63,710 nucleotides of DNA, filler included, from Lama guanicoe (GCA_013239625.1; 205 parts of 205 records of this genome joined end to end with filler, not necessarily neighbours in it), one strand, 5' to 3'. Counted from the whole stretch's first letter, positions 49,006-62,774 are shown. Numbers and translations are program-made. Notes: a model not told the origin generated them from the sequence alone.

Positions 49006-51021
49006 CCTAGGGTTTGTCACTGGCTCTAGGGAGCATCAAGTTTTTAGTGNNNNNNNNNNNNNNNNNNNNNNNNNNNNNNNNNNNNNNNNNNNNTTAATTA
49101 ATTAANNNNNNNNNNNNNNNNNNNNNNNNNNNNNNNNNNNNNNNNNNNNTTAGCTAGCACACAATAAGCACTCAGTGTTTGTTGAATAAGTAAATCAGGA
49201 GCCTATGACACTTCATGGAAGAAACTATTATTAAATATGTTACTCTCATAGAGAGAAATAATAGACTAGATAATTTTTAAACATTCTATTACTTAAAAAG
49301 TGAACATTCATGTTCTTAAAAACATATGTGAATGCTTTGGCCATAAGGAGTCCATTATTCANNNNNNNNNNNNNNNNNNNNNNNNNNNNNNNNNNNNNNN
49401 NNNNNTTAATTAATTAANNNNNNNNNNNNNNNNNNNNNNNNNNNNNNNNNNNNNNNNNNNNGAGGAAGGGATGCAAAGAGCTTTCCTTGACCCCCAGCAG
49501 TTTGAGGGCAACTGAGTGATCCACCTTCTACAGACTCTACTGCCACCACTCCTTAAGCAACACCAGTGCCCAAGGACAGGGCTGCTGTCCCTCCCTTCCT
49601 CATCCTGTGATGACCTCCCTCACTAGCAGCCAGTTCATCTCTGATGGCCACCCAGCAGGAGGGATATGGCATCNNNNNNNNNNNNNNNNNNNNNNNNNNN
49701 NNNNNNNNNNNNNNNNNTTAATTAATTAANNNNNNNNNNNNNNNNNNNNNNNNNNNNNNNNNNNNNNNNNNNNATGAGGTGACAATGGGGTGACACCCAC
49801 CTGCCCACCTCTCTGTCCTTCTCATGTAGCCTTCTCACCTTCCTCACTGAGTTCCAGTAACAGGTCTTTCTGGTCCCCAAAATGCTAAACTGGTTTCTGC
49901 CTCAAGTCCTTTGCACTTGTTCTTGCCTGGAATGACCCCCTGCATGCCCCCATGACTTATCCCTTCTCATTCAGAGCCCAGTGAGNNNNNNNNNNNNNNN
50001 NNNNNNNNNNNNNNNNNNNNNNNNNNNNNTTAATTAATTAANNNNNNNNNNNNNNNNNNNNNNNNNNNNNNNNNNNNNNNNNNNNTCCCTTGAGCCAATG
50101 AGAGGTTACTTTGGCTTCTGCTGTGTACCCAACCGATCCCCAGTCCTTTCAGTTTTAGCTTCATCATAGCTCTCGAATCTCCCTTCTTCTGTCTTCATGT
50201 CTACTCCAGTACAAGTGTGCCAGACATTCTCCATTTGCCCCTGAAGAATGTGTTCCATCTACTCCTTGTGGCTCTGTGTGCCAGGAGACTGATCTCCNNN
50301 NNNNNNNNNNNNNNNNNNNNNNNNNNNNNNNNNNNNNNNNNTTAATTAATTAANNNNNNNNNNNNNNNNNNNNNNNNNNNNNNNNNNNNNNNNNNNNTGT
50401 TTCATTGTGAAGGAGCTGGGTTGTTTGTCTGCAGAGAATGTCCCACTGCCTGGGTTTTGTTGATTGCATCCCTGTAGTGTCCTTGACCGTGTTCTTTTAC
50501 CCTTTGTATTTCCTGTAAACTTGTCTGTCTGTAAGCAGTCAGATTCTAGATCCCATCTTCCACTAGGGGCTGCAAAATGACAGTGTTCTGGGTTTCTCTA
50601 TTTCTGTAANNNNNNNNNNNNNNNNNNNNNNNNNNNNNNNNNNNNNNNNNNNNTTAATTAATTAANNNNNNNNNNNNNNNNNNNNNNNNNNNNNNNNNNN
50701 NNNNNNNNNTTATCTTATTTAATATTCATAATAGTGCTAGGAAACAGATATTATTGTCGTTTTATAGATAAATAAATTCAGATTCAGAAATTATGAACCT
50801 TGATTGAGGTGATATAAACACTGAGTGTTGGCGCCACCTGTTTAACTCTCTATGTACTGATTCAACCCCAAAATACACATCTTCCCTGAATTCAGACCAT
50901 ATGTCCAACTGCCTTATTGATNNNNNNNNNNNNNNNNNNNNNNNNNNNNNNNNNNNNNNNNNNNNTTAATTAATTAANNNNNNNNNNNNNNNNNNNNNNN
51001 NNNNNNNNNNNNNNNNNNNNN

Positions 51022-51232
51022 AGAAATTTGTTTTTTATCTGTTTTTATATATAGTGGTTAACATTTGCAAGACTCAAACTCCCAGTTTCTCCCTTCCCAT
51101 CCTCTTTCCCCCAGCAACCATAAGATTATTTACTGTCTGTGAGTCTGTTTCTGTTTTGTAGACGAGATCATTAGTGTCCTCTGTTTTTTCTTTTCTTTTT
51201 TTTTTCTTTTTTTTTTTTTTTTTTTTTTTTTT
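51022..51232 (-). mobile_element. Relatively young LINE-1 3' UTR, antisense, with an expanded internal poly(T)
   Basis: Homologous to 25503-25713 (TTTGCAA..CTCAAACTCCCAGTTT..TGTCTGTGAGTCTGTTT); ends in a T-run where the other copy has a short T-rich stretch. Confidence 0.88.
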
Positions 51233-53936
51233 NNNNNNNNNNNNNNNNNNNNNNNNNNNNNNNNNNNNNNNNNNNNTTAATTAATTAANNNNNNNNNNNN
51301 NNNNNNNNNNNNNNNNNNNNNNNNNNNNNNNNACCAGGAGCGATGTGAACCTTAATTCCTGCCGAAGGAACGGTGCTTGGCGCCAGGATAAGTTGAAGGA
51401 TTTCTTCTGCAGCCAAAATGTCATCTTCCCACCGCGGAGAGGTCCTTCTGTGCGTCTTAGGGCTGCCAGGCTGGGGAGGCCTGCAGGGGAGGGCCGGTCT
51501 CCGAGCAGCCGTGGGTGGGGACAGGGCCACCCCAGCACCTCCCTNNNNNNNNNNNNNNNNNNNNNNNNNNNNNNNNNNNNNNNNNNNNTTAATTAATTAA
51601 NNNNNNNNNNNNNNNNNNNNNNNNNNNNNNNNNNNNNNNNNNNNGCGGCAGCGCCCCTTGGGAGGGAGTGGAGAGTCTGATCCTCTCCTGAGCTAGGGCC
51701 ATTCCCCACAAAGGAGCAGGAGCCCAGCCTGCAAAACACGCTCACACTCATGTCCTTTTCCTAAAGCCCCCCGCACCCCCCCCAAGCTTTAACTCTCCCG
51801 GAAACCTGGGGGTGAGAACTGACAGGGCACAGAGGCAGAGGGAAGGCAACCAAGTGNNNNNNNNNNNNNNNNNNNNNNNNNNNNNNNNNNNNNNNNNNNN
51901 TTAATTAATTAANNNNNNNNNNNNNNNNNNNNNNNNNNNNNNNNNNNNNNNNNNNNAAAAAAAATTAGTCAGATAAAAATCAGGTTGAATTGATAGAATA
52001 AAATACCTTGACTGACAGTGGCCTCTTCCACAGAAATATTGCAGGAATATTATATGTGGGAATATTAACTGAAAATGGCTTGTGGAAACAATATGATCAC
52101 AAATTTAAATCAACCTCATTGTTGGTGACTTTCCCCCAGAAGTGAAAGCAATTCTCAAGAGATTTTTTNNNNNNNNNNNNNNNNNNNNNNNNNNNNNNNN
52201 NNNNNNNNNNNNTTAATTAATTAANNNNNNNNNNNNNNNNNNNNNNNNNNNNNNNNNNNNNNNNNNNNTCTTTGGCTGTAGGGTGGCGAGCTGGGTGCAT
52301 CACTGGCTTTCAGACTTTCCTACTAAGTTCTGCGGGCCCCGCAGCAGCACCTCACAGAAGGAGAGGGGTACCCAAAGGATGAAGCCCCACTTGTGTATAC
52401 CCCATGGCTATATACCGTTAACCACTGTGGTGTAAGGAACCACTCCAAAATCCAGTGGCTTAAAACAGTCACCATTTGACNNNNNNNNNNNNNNNNNNNN
52501 NNNNNNNNNNNNNNNNNNNNNNNNTTAATTAATTAANNNNNNNNNNNNNNNNNNNNNNNNNNNNNNNNNNNNNNNNNNNNGAACAAGGCAGTGCAGGAGC
52601 TGAAGGACATGAGAGGGGAGCAGAGAAGGAAATGGAGCAGGAAGGAAAAAGGAAAATGTCCCGAAAAGATGTTTTAAGTACCTCTAGTTAAGGGAACGAA
52701 TATGGATACAGAGATGAGGGTTGGCACCTGTCTTTTGAAGGTCGGTCCTGCCCAGCCCTCGGCGTACCATTTTGTTCTTCCAGATTCTCTGGNNNNNNNN
52801 NNNNNNNNNNNNNNNNNNNNNNNNNNNNNNNNNNNNTTAATTAATTAANNNNNNNNNNNNNNNNNNNNNNNNNNNNNNNNNNNNNNNNNNNNACAGAGAA
52901 CCGGGTGAGGCTCCACCCAGGATTCAATTATCTTGAGCAAGTATGTTTCCAGTTTTTCCCACCCCCCCACTCCCCTTTTCCTCCCCATACACCCAGTAAA
53001 GCAAAGAGCACCCCCTCTCCAGTGCTACAAGAGGCGAGTCATCCACGAGCCACTGCAGTCACTGACCGGCAGCGCATCCTGGGGAGGGATTCGGGGTGAA
53101 GTTCNNNNNNNNNNNNNNNNNNNNNNNNNNNNNNNNNNNNNNNNNNNNTTAATTAATTAANNNNNNNNNNNNNNNNNNNNNNNNNNNNNNNNNNNNNNNN
53201 NNNNGACTTCAGGGTCTCTTCCCAGTGACGGAGAAAGAAAATGCAACGGCTGACGCCAGGCTCTGTCTCTCTCGGAGACTTGGAGCGGTCCGGCATACAC
53301 ACCGAAGCCTTCACCCTGTGCTTCAGACCCCTCCCACGCCCCTTACGCATGCTGCTGTCTTCCGTCGTCAGGACATCCATTATTTGCCCTGACAACCAAC
53401 CACAGGACTTAGAGTCNNNNNNNNNNNNNNNNNNNNNNNNNNNNNNNNNNNNNNNNNNNNTTAATTAATTAANNNNNNNNNNNNNNNNNNNNNNNNNNNN
53501 NNNNNNNNNNNNNNNNTTCCCCCCTTTTGGTTATGAAGGTGATTTGCAGGTAATCAACAAAGGTAGTGTCTTATTAAACCTAAATGAGGCTCTTTTTTAG
53601 AATCTTGTTACTCAGAACATAGTTCTCAGATCAGCAATCAACCATAAAGATAACAAATATATCTGGAGGAAACTCTGAATCAAAAAGATGCATGCACCCC
53701 AGTGTTCACAGCAGCACTATTTACAACANNNNNNNNNNNNNNNNNNNNNNNNNNNNNNNNNNNNNNNNNNNNTTAATTAATTAANNNNNNNNNNNNNNNN
53801 NNNNNNNNNNNNNNNNNNNNNNNNNNNNTGATTCCCTGAAGCCAGATTGGTGGGGTCCACCGGTGGGCTCTTGTCACCTCTGTAACAGACACGTGGGTTG
53901 TGTGAGGTGATGGTGGTGGGATAGGACACGTGCGCT

Positions 53937-54040
53937 TCTTCCTTCCTCCCTCCCTCCCTCCCTCTCTCTCTTTCTCTCTTTTTAATGGCAATACTGAGGA
54001 TTGAACCTGGGACCTCATGCATGCTAAGCATGTGCTCTAC
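53937..54040 (-). mobile_element. Vic-1-like SINE, antisense, with a (GA)/(GGGA) microsatellite tail
   Basis: Reverse complement GTAGAGCACATGCTTAGCATGCATGAGGTCCCAGGTTCAATCCTCAGTATTGCCATTAAAAAGAGAGAAAGAGAG. Confidence 0.88.
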
Positions 54041-56636
54041 NNNNNNNNNNNNNNNNNNNNNNNNNNNNNNNNNNNNNNNNNNNNTTAATTAATTAANNNN
54101 NNNNNNNNNNNNNNNNNNNNNNNNNNNNNNNNNNNNNNNNGTTATCACTCCTGTTGCTACAGAGACAATAACTTATCTATGGCAGGAGAGGAAACAAGGC
54201 AGTGAATTTACGGGTAAGAGATAATAGTTGGTTGGCCTGGAGTTGAAGTAGTGAAACTGTTGTGTTTAAGGCAGCATTCTGGCCTGACGTGTTGTGGAAT
54301 CCATGAGAAAGAAACCAGGCAGGGATAAAACCAAGTTTAGGACCTAGGCTCCNNNNNNNNNNNNNNNNNNNNNNNNNNNNNNNNNNNNNNNNNNNNTTAA
54401 TTAATTAANNNNNNNNNNNNNNNNNNNNNNNNNNNNNNNNNNNNNNNNNNNNTGAACGTCAAAGCACCTTTGAGTCCCAAGATCCAGGCTCTACTGAGAG
54501 AAAGATTTTTCTTGGCATTCCGAGAGCTGTATGCTGAGTGTAAATAGCGAAGTCAGAACCAGGAGGCGGCCCACAGCCAGTGTGTAGGGGACAAAGGAGT
54601 GTGTCGTATCAACCACCATCCTTCCTTGGAAGAGACAAAGGATGATGCTGTGTGGGGGGCATTTNNNNNNNNNNNNNNNNNNNNNNNNNNNNNNNNNNNN
54701 NNNNNNNNTTAATTAATTAANNNNNNNNNNNNNNNNNNNNNNNNNNNNNNNNNNNNNNNNNNNNGAGAAGGAAAGAATACTACAAAATGTATTTTATAAT
54801 AAGACCAGTGTTATGCTGATAACTGATTTAGATGAAGATGTCTACAAAACAAAACCAAAAACCAGAAATCTATGAAAGAACAAAATCTGTGGATCTAGCC
54901 ACAAGAGTACTTCACACGAAGTTAACGTATCAAATCCTATAATATATTTAAAGATTAATGTATCATGACCAATTGANNNNNNNNNNNNNNNNNNNNNNNN
55001 NNNNNNNNNNNNNNNNNNNNTTAATTAATTAANNNNNNNNNNNNNNNNNNNNNNNNNNNNNNNNNNNNNNNNNNNNCAGTGCATATATGTAATTTTTTTA
55101 AATCTGCAGTATATTGTGTGTTTGTCTTTATACGCAATCTATGGTAAATGTACAGTCAGATTGTAACAATTCTGCCAAATAAAACTGAAAACTGAAAAAT
55201 AAAAAAAGACTAAGTCACAGTCATCTGTGGCATCACTGACTTCCTTGCATCCATATCTATTCACTTAGCTTATCCTTTGAATTTGGCTNNNNNNNNNNNN
55301 NNNNNNNNNNNNNNNNNNNNNNNNNNNNNNNNTTAATTAATTAANNNNNNNNNNNNNNNNNNNNNNNNNNNNNNNNNNNNNNNNNNNNCAAGTCAGAAGG
55401 AAAGTGGCCTTCCCATGACCTTTTCCTCTGGGGGAAGTAAGAAAGGAACCCAGAGCCAGTTCATCAAACTCTGAGAGCAAAACGGACCAGCGGAAGCGAT
55501 TTTGCATTCTTTGATTCCCACATAATTGGAGAAGAAGGCCTTTGGAAGCCCGACTTATCATTTCCGAGGCGTCTGAAGGGAAGATGGGAAATTTCAGGCT
55601 NNNNNNNNNNNNNNNNNNNNNNNNNNNNNNNNNNNNNNNNNNNNTTAATTAATTAANNNNNNNNNNNNNNNNNNNNNNNNNNNNNNNNNNNNNNNNNNNN
55701 AAAAAAAAAGGAATTCAAATAAGAACAATAAAATAAAGTTCCTTTTGTTATTGTCCTAGGAGAGTCACTGAGGGTTTATTTATTTTTTCTTTTTCTCAGA
55801 CTTGATAATATCCACTGATCTGTTTTTAGTTCCCTAATTATTTCCTCTGTCAACTCCCTTCTGCTCTTGTGTTTATCCAGTAAGTTTTAAACTTTTGGTT
55901 ATTGTATTTTTCNNNNNNNNNNNNNNNNNNNNNNNNNNNNNNNNNNNNNNNNNNNNTTAATTAATTAANNNNNNNNNNNNNNNNNNNNNNNNNNNNNNNN
56001 NNNNNNNNNNNNTAAAAATAAAGAAGCAGGATGCTATAGAAAGGATAAAGGCATAATTAGAAAGGCAATAGATAAAATGACTTACAAAAGTATAAATATG
56101 ATGTAAAAAAGACATCAAAATTTTTAAGTGTCAGAGCGTGAAACAGGACAAAACAGAGTATTTTCTTCTTGTTTATGTTCTCTGTATGATGCGTTTGAGT
56201 TTGTATTCATTTCAGTTAATATAANNNNNNNNNNNNNNNNNNNNNNNNNNNNNNNNNNNNNNNNNNNNTTAATTAATTAANNNNNNNNNNNNNNNNNNNN
56301 NNNNNNNNNNNNNNNNNNNNNNNNCCCCCTACAAAGAGTTGCCTTGAAATTTATTCTGGGAAGATGCTTTAAACGCTTTATTAAGAAAATCAAGAGTATG
56401 AGCATACAAATTACCTATGGTTAGGTTTCTTTTTATTATGTCATGACAATTGTATTTTCAGATATACTCATCCAGGTACTAGATTTTCTTGATTACTGTC
56501 AAGTGCAAATTTAGCACAAGTTTTGTTCAGTATGCTNNNNNNNNNNNNNNNNNNNNNNNNNNNNNNNNNNNNNNNNNNNNTTAATTAATTAANNNNNNNN
56601 NNNNNNNNNNNNNNNNNNNNNNNNNNNNNNNNNNNN

Positions 56637-56847
56637 AGAAATTTGAAGTATCTCTTACTTCACTTGTATGATCATCTCTAGGTCCATCCGTGTTGCTGCA
56701 AATGGCACTATTTAATTCTTTTTTTATGCTTGAGAAGTATTCCATTGTATATACATCGCATAGCTTCTTTATCCAGTCATCTGTCAATGGACATTTATGT
56801 AGCTTCCATGTCTTGGCTATTATAAATGTGCTATTAGGAACATTGGG
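56637..56847 (-). mobile_element. LINE-1 ORF2 3' end, antisense
   Basis: Minus-strand translation TDDWIKKLCDVYTMEYFSSIKK matches the ORF2p C-terminus (DEWIKKMWYIYTMEYYSAIKK). Confidence 0.93.
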
Positions 56848-56947
56848 NNNNNNNNNNNNNNNNNNNNNNNNNNNNNNNNNNNNNNNNNNNNTTAATTAAT
56901 TAANNNNNNNNNNNNNNNNNNNNNNNNNNNNNNNNNNNNNNNNNNNN

Positions 56948-57158
56948 AAGACAGTCTCTTCAGCAAATGATGCTGGGAAAACTGGACAGCAGCATGGAAA
57001 TCAATGAAGCTTGAACACTTGCTTATACCATACACAAAAATAAACTCAAAATGGATCAAAGTCTTGAACATAAGACAAGATACAATAAACCTCCTAGACG
57101 AAAATATATGCAAAACATTATCTGACATATATCTCAAAAATGTTCTCCTAGGACAGTC
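56948..57158 (+). mobile_element. LINE-1 ORF2 fragment with premature stop
   Basis: [51 protein letters not shown]; a conserved Trp codon is changed to TGA. Confidence 0.95.
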
Positions 57159-57258
57159 NNNNNNNNNNNNNNNNNNNNNNNNNNNNNNNNNNNNNNNNNN
57201 NNTTAATTAATTAANNNNNNNNNNNNNNNNNNNNNNNNNNNNNNNNNNNNNNNNNNNN

Positions 57259-57470
57259 ATATTATGTTGAAGATTTATACATCTATGTTCATCAGTGATA
57301 TTGGCCTCTAATTTTATTTTTTGGTAGTGTCTTTGTCTGATTTTGGTATCAGCGTGACGGTGCCTTCATAGAATGGGTTTGGGAGTGTTCCCTCCTGTTC
57401 AGTCTTTTTGTAGAGTTTGAGATGATCAGTATGAGTAATTCTTTGTATGTTAGGTTAAATTCCCCAGTGA
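57259..57470 (-). mobile_element. LINE-1 ORF2 RT-proximal fragment, antisense
   Basis: CATCTATGTTCATCAGTGATATTGGCCT..TGTCTTTGTCTGATTTTGGTATCAG..TCATAGAATGGGTTTGGGAGTGTTCCCTCC. Confidence 0.93.
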
Positions 57471-57570
57471 NNNNNNNNNNNNNNNNNNNNNNNNNNNNNN
57501 NNNNNNNNNNNNNNTTAATTAATTAANNNNNNNNNNNNNNNNNNNNNNNNNNNNNNNNNNNNNNNNNNNN

Positions 57571-57782
57571 GCTGCGCCTCGGCCTCGCTGCTGCCGGACG
57601 CCTTCGCGCTGACGGCCTTCGAGCGGGAGCCGCAGACCCTGCGCCGCCCGCCCGCCCCACCAGGGCCCTTCCCAGCCCGCGCCGCTGCCCCAGACGGCGC
57701 CCAGTCCGGCGGGGACGCGGCGCCCCCTGGCGGTGGCGGCGTGCAACGGCGCCCCGGGCCTCACCCCTCCGCGCCTGCGCAC
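57571..57782. promoter_or_regulatory. CpG-island promoter-like fragment with GC box, CTCF core and NRF1-like motifs
   Basis: CCCGCCCC at 57651-57658; GCGCCCCCTGGCGG at 57720-57733 (reverse CCGCCAGGGGGCGC, CTCF core); CGCGCCTGCGCA at 57770-57781. Confidence 0.75.
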
Positions 57783-59130
57783 NNNNNNNNNNNNNNNNNN
57801 NNNNNNNNNNNNNNNNNNNNNNNNNNTTAATTAATTAANNNNNNNNNNNNNNNNNNNNNNNNNNNNNNNNNNNNNNNNNNNNCTGTAATGAGATGTACTC
57901 AGATTATCTTGTCATCAAGGTTACCCATGTGTAGGTTAGTCACCAGTGAACCGGACCCATCTGCATTTATTTTAGGCAAAACAATGAAAAGTCAGCAAGG
58001 AAACATTTACTAAAGAAAATCAATCACCTGGAAACTAGAATTTTTTAAAACCTGAAGCAAAGTTGACTTACAGGTTGTGTTAGTTTCATGTATANNNNNN
58101 NNNNNNNNNNNNNNNNNNNNNNNNNNNNNNNNNNNNNNTTAATTAATTAANNNNNNNNNNNNNNNNNNNNNNNNNNNNNNNNNNNNNNNNNNNNAAAGGA
58201 ACAATAGGGCTAGGACCAGACCACTGAATACCTAGGGACCTTGGGGGCCAGAGCCTGAGGAAACCCAAATCAATCCATCAGTTAAAGTCCCCACCGACGT
58301 GTACTTTCATCACAGCCCATCCTTTGTGTCCTCGCAGGCTTTAAACCCAGGGCCTCGCGTTCTCCTTTCGTAGGTCCCGGGAGACATTCTCTTCCAGGGC
58401 AGGGCANNNNNNNNNNNNNNNNNNNNNNNNNNNNNNNNNNNNNNNNNNNNTTAATTAATTAANNNNNNNNNNNNNNNNNNNNNNNNNNNNNNNNNNNNNN
58501 NNNNNNCCCCGACCCCGGGCCTGGCTTGAATCGCGCCACCCGGGAGGGCTAGGCCGGGACTCAATGCCCTGGGTTCCGGGGCTGGTGCTTCAGCTGAGCC
58601 GCTGTCCTGGGTGTCCTTGTTGGCACAACGTGTCGCGTGGACTGGATCCGCCCACGTGTTGATTCGCCAGTTCCCTGGACGTCTGTGCTACAGAGGAGGC
58701 AAGACACAAAACTTTCCCNNNNNNNNNNNNNNNNNNNNNNNNNNNNNNNNNNNNNNNNNNNNTTAATTAATTAANNNNNNNNNNNNNNNNNNNNNNNNNN
58801 NNNNNNNNNNNNNNNNNNTTTTCCTAAAGGAAATGATTCCTAGAAGTGGTGTTGAGTCAGTGTGTACATACATTTTTTCAGAGTTTACATGTCCATTGAC
58901 ATGTCTCCCTCTGAAAATATCGCTCATGGTTTGTTCTCCCACAGATGGACACTAGCAAGAATATGTATTAAAAATATTTGTGAATATGATGAGCAAAAGT
59001 GCTTTTTCATTATTTTAGTTTGCATTTGATNNNNNNNNNNNNNNNNNNNNNNNNNNNNNNNNNNNNNNNNNNNNTTAATTAATTAANNNNNNNNNNNNNN
59101 NNNNNNNNNNNNNNNNNNNNNNNNNNNNNN

Positions 59131-59322
59131 CCCCATGCCCCACCCCAGTTGGCTTTTAAAAATGCTCAGCTGAAACCTTCCGGGGAGTTCGGGGTTTAGG
59201 GGGCACGAGCCATCCATTCTCCTTACTAGGTCCTGTAGCAAACCTTTCTCTGTTCCAAACTCCAACGTTTAGGTTTGTTTGGCCTCACAGTGCGTCAGGC
59301 ACACCGACTTGTGTGCGGTAAT
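59131..59322 (+). mobile_element. ERV1-type LTR 3' half
   Basis: TTTAAAAATGCT..CTGAAACCTTCCGGGGAGTTCGGG..AAACCTTTCTCTGTTCCAAACTCCAACGTTT..TTTGGCCTCACAGTGCGTCAGGCACAC resembles laurasiatherian ERV1 LTR R/U5 regions. Confidence 0.7.
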
Positions 59323-62300
59323 GTTAATATCCCTCAGAGACGNNNNNNNNNNNNNNNNNNNNNNNNNNNNNNNNNNNNNNNNNNNNTTAATTAATTAANN
59401 NNNNNNNNNNNNNNNNNNNNNNNNNNNNNNNNNNNNNNNNNNGCATAATCTTGTTACCTGATGCTCCCACAGCACTACAAGTCACCGAGGCGTCCACAAA
59501 GACATGGCACTGCGGCTCTCTCCACTAAGCCTTTGAATTCAAAAAAACATTTTTTTCCCCATATTTTATTTCTTCTCCTGGCAATGACATCATGAAAAAC
59601 CCAATTGCCCAAGTCCCAGTGCTGAATGCTATAAACTAGTATATGTCTTTATTANNNNNNNNNNNNNNNNNNNNNNNNNNNNNNNNNNNNNNNNNNNNTT
59701 AATTAATTAANNNNNNNNNNNNNNNNNNNNNNNNNNNNNNNNNNNNNNNNNNNNCAGGCCTTTTAGTCAAGGTGCTTTGGGACCAAGGAGGCCATGACTA
59801 AGGCCCTCTGTGTTCTCAGCCAGCCAGAATGGGTCGCATCAGCCCCGGTATTTGCACGGGGTGTCCCTGAATGTTGACTCAAAAGACCCAAAGTTATTGG
59901 CAACCCATAAAAAATGGTGTGAGCGGTGAAAGCTGTTGTTGTGTACACTGAGTAGAAAGGGATGTTNNNNNNNNNNNNNNNNNNNNNNNNNNNNNNNNNN
60001 NNNNNNNNNNTTAATTAATTAANNNNNNNNNNNNNNNNNNNNNNNNNNNNNNNNNNNNNNNNNNNNTCGACTTCTTGAGACACCAGTTCTGGAACATTCT
60101 GTCCAGTTGCCCCTTGGCAGCAAGATGGGATGGCTGGGAGTAGGGACAGAACAGGCCGCCTCTATTCAGGGCTCCCATACGTTATTAATTCCCGGAACAG
60201 TGTTTTGAGGAGGTAGCAAAGGCATCACTGGAATTCCAGGCAGAATGACCCAGATGGGACAAAGAATGGCACCTGAGTNNNNNNNNNNNNNNNNNNNNNN
60301 NNNNNNNNNNNNNNNNNNNNNNTTAATTAATTAANNNNNNNNNNNNNNNNNNNNNNNNNNNNNNNNNNNNNNNNNNNNCGGTCATCGGTTAGCGGTTTCC
60401 CCTCCCATGAAGGCCAGGCGCTGGATCCGTTGGCGCCGTCCAGTCACAGGGGGTTCCTGTTGACTGTGTGGACTTGGAGTCATCAGTGACAGCCTTTCTG
60501 TTACCGACAGGGGGCGTGAGATGAAATGAGGACAATCTTGTTGGGAACAGTTCACAGATCATACAGAGACCGAATCCTGTGTTCACGGTGNNNNNNNNNN
60601 NNNNNNNNNNNNNNNNNNNNNNNNNNNNNNNNNNTTAATTAATTAANNNNNNNNNNNNNNNNNNNNNNNNNNNNNNNNNNNNNNNNNNNNCCAAGAAGAG
60701 CTCAGAACAAGTCTCAGAAAGATGAAGCTGAGCCACAAGTAACTTAAGTGCCTGGCAGACAAAGCCCAACCCTCTTTAAAGGAATAAAATACAGTCCTGA
60801 TGCTCCAACACAACACTGTCATGCTCAACAGTCAATAAAATATTACTTGACATTGAAAAGGAGGAAAAATGAGACCCATAGTCTTAAGAAAAATCAGTGA
60901 CANNNNNNNNNNNNNNNNNNNNNNNNNNNNNNNNNNNNNNNNNNNNTTAATTAATTAANNNNNNNNNNNNNNNNNNNNNNNNNNNNNNNNNNNNNNNNNN
61001 NNTTTGGCCTTGCAAAAGTCATGGGAATATTGTTTAAGTGGATATTCCTGACATAAACTGTCTATAAAAGCTGAATAGAATAAAACTCTTAATTCAGGGA
61101 AGCCATTTCTGCAGGGAGCTTAGGTAATAAAAGCCAGATTGGTTTCTGCCATCTGACCCACAGTTTAGGGGGAGGGGAGGCAGTGCTGGAAGAAAGATGA
61201 GAAAGTGTGTGTCTNNNNNNNNNNNNNNNNNNNNNNNNNNNNNNNNNNNNNNNNNNNNTTAATTAATTAANNNNNNNNNNNNNNNNNNNNNNNNNNNNNN
61301 NNNNNNNNNNNNNNCCCATGCCAGATAATTCTTTCCCAGCATCTCTGGGTGATTTCCTTCCCGGGGAGCAGTATAATCACTTTGCACTGGCTCACCAAAC
61401 AGCTGATGGCACGGTGCACCATTGCCCCCAGTCGTATGGATTTAGAGCGCCATTGCCTTCTGTAATCATTTATCCCTGAATCTCTCGGAGGTCACCTCTG
61501 CTCACCGGGGCCCTGGACACTCAAGANNNNNNNNNNNNNNNNNNNNNNNNNNNNNNNNNNNNNNNNNNNNTTAATTAATTAANNNNNNNNNNNNNNNNNN
61601 NNNNNNNNNNNNNNNNNNNNNNNNNNGGGGAGAGAGACGGAGGATGCCATAGCGAAAACCCTGCTCAGATCAAACCGGCAACTTCTAAGACCGCTGGAGT
61701 GTGAGGCTTCCCTTTGAGGGGGTCTTTTCTCATGCAAGGCTGGAGGGGGACGGGGAAAAAGGATCTGAACGAAAGTAAAGGATACAAGAGAAGTAACAGG
61801 GTAAAGGAAATCACCCTAATCTGATGCTTTCTGTCTCCNNNNNNNNNNNNNNNNNNNNNNNNNNNNNNNNNNNNNNNNNNNNTTAATTAATTAANNNNNN
61901 NNNNNNNNNNNNNNNNNNNNNNNNNNNNNNNNNNNNNNCTCCACTGGCTGCCCATGCCAGGGAGAGCTCGCGGGTCTGGGCAGCAGGCGGGCTGGATGGA
62001 GCCTCGTGGTGGGGCCTCCTGGTCCACTACGCTGTGCCCTCAGCAGCGGGGCTCTGGGAGGCAGGGGCTGGGCCCAGCTGCTCGGAGGCTGGCACCATCC
62101 AGCAGCTGAGCCCTCGGAGGAGACGTCGGCCCTCCTGGCCAGTTTTCCTGNNNNNNNNNNNNNNNNNNNNNNNNNNNNNNNNNNNNNNNNNNNNTTAATT
62201 AATTAANNNNNNNNNNNNNNNNNNNNNNNNNNNNNNNNNNNNNNNNNNNNAAGGAACAGATCTAATATGGAGTCAGATTTGTTCTTCCCTATTACACTGT

Positions 62301-62562
62301 GGTTGGTTTGTTTGAATCATTCTTGAGGATAGAAACATGACTTCTCCTCCCTGTGTATTTTCCATATTGTCTTGTCTATTTTTAGGTCCTTGGTCAAAGT
62401 TCAATAGAGGAAAATAATCAATTTTTAAAATAAAATAAATCTTAGGGCTCCAAGTGATTGCANNNNNNNNNNNNNNNNNNNNNNNNNNNNNNNNNNNNNN
62501 NNNNNNTTAATTAATTAANNNNNNNNNNNNNNNNNNNNNNNNNNNNNNNNNNNNNNNNNNNN

Positions 62563-62774
62563 CAACATAGTCTTGGAAGTCCTAGCCACAGCAATCAGGA
62601 AAGAAAAAGAAGTAAACGGGATCCAAATTGGAAGAGAAGAGGTAAATTTGTCACTATATGTGGATGACATGATACTATATACAGAAAACCTTAAATGTGC
62701 CACACAAAACCTACTAGAGCTGATTAAAGAATTTAGCAAGGTATCAGGATACAAGATTAACATACAGAAATAAG
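62563..62774 (+). mobile_element. LINE-1 ORF2 reverse-transcriptase catalytic segment, inactivated
   Basis: [69 protein letters not shown]. The catalytic motif reads YVDD (canonical F/YADD), and TAA at 62771-62773 falls where Ser is expected. Confidence 0.97.

Noticed and set aside
52893..53104. Possible coding exon (KQRAPPLQCYKRRVIHEPLQ or an alternative frame) after a pyrimidine-rich tract
   Set aside because: No protein family recognised and no convincing donor site; it cannot be supported without a search.
56637..57470. Three consecutive L1 ORF2 contigs suggesting one rearranged element
   Set aside because: They have different orientations, cover non-adjacent parts of ORF2 and are separated by linkers; the adjacency reflects contig ordering only.
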